Positions 63,720-64,000 of a stretch of DNA of 64,000 bases are shown in pieces. Origin of the DNA: Azolla caroliniana (Eukaryota; Plantae; Polypodiophyta); NCBI GenBank assembly GCA_043228905.1, contig JBHGNT010000002.1:5766001-5830000 (forward strand). Reading direction: 5' to 3'. Position numbers and translations under genes: made by a program. Below the pieces are notes generated by a model. That model made no database searches. It worked only from the letters and a program-made list of their open reading frames with translations, and was not told the origin of the DNA. The first letter of the stretch is position 1. Each line of letters begins with the position of its first letter.

Positions 63720-64000
63720 ATATCAAATCAGAAATCAGAAATAGTGCAAAATCAGAATATGTCAGAATCAAAAACCCCAATCAACAACAGAAATAGTGCA
63801 AAATCATTAACTTAGCAAATCAGAAACCCCTTTCAGAAATTGCAATCAGATATTTGTAAACAAAAACCCTAATCATAAATTGTATTTAGAAATTTGAAAT
63901 CAGAAACCCTAATCAAAATCTGTAATCAGAAGTTTGTAACCAGAAACCCTATTTAGAAATTCTAATTAGAAATTTATAATAAAAAACCCTAATTAGAAAT
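63720..64000. repeat. AATCAGAA / AAACCCTA (telo-box) degenerate repeats
   Basis: AAACCCTA at ~63864, 63904, 63944 and 63984 (~40-bp period), upstream of the minus-strand gene. Confidence 0.7.

Overview
Eukaryotic, gene-poor, heterochromatin-like window, most likely from a non-seed land plant (inferred from Tcn1-type chromoviruses, a plant tRNA-Trp PBS, a PLS-type PPR remnant and AAACCCTA telo-boxes). It is a deep nest of transposable elements. Ty1/copia: two families, one Tork/TAR-like and one Ale/Bryco-like, seven copies or fragments in total. Ty3/gypsy: one young, apparently intact non-chromo element (18127-25351), plus Tcn1-like chromoviruses and a solo LTR. DNA elements: a hAT end and two degenerate DNA-transposon-like elements. 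Host-gene remnants: SAM synthetase and PPR pseudogene fragments. No intact host gene, tRNA gene or rRNA gene was found. Main observations: (i) tRNA-like Pol III A/B-box modules sit antisense in the U3 of two unrelated gypsy LTR families; (ii) a -1 frameshift site with an H-type pseudoknot lies between protease and RT of the intact gypsy; (iii) the Tcn1 element shows a Tf1-style self-priming signature; (iv) two divergent copies of an unassigned ~1000-aa ORF act as landing pads for three insertions; (v) one copia family has a charged C-terminal extension after RNase H, between duplicated PPTs. All calls come from reading the sequence by eye; no searches were run, and lineage names are tentative.
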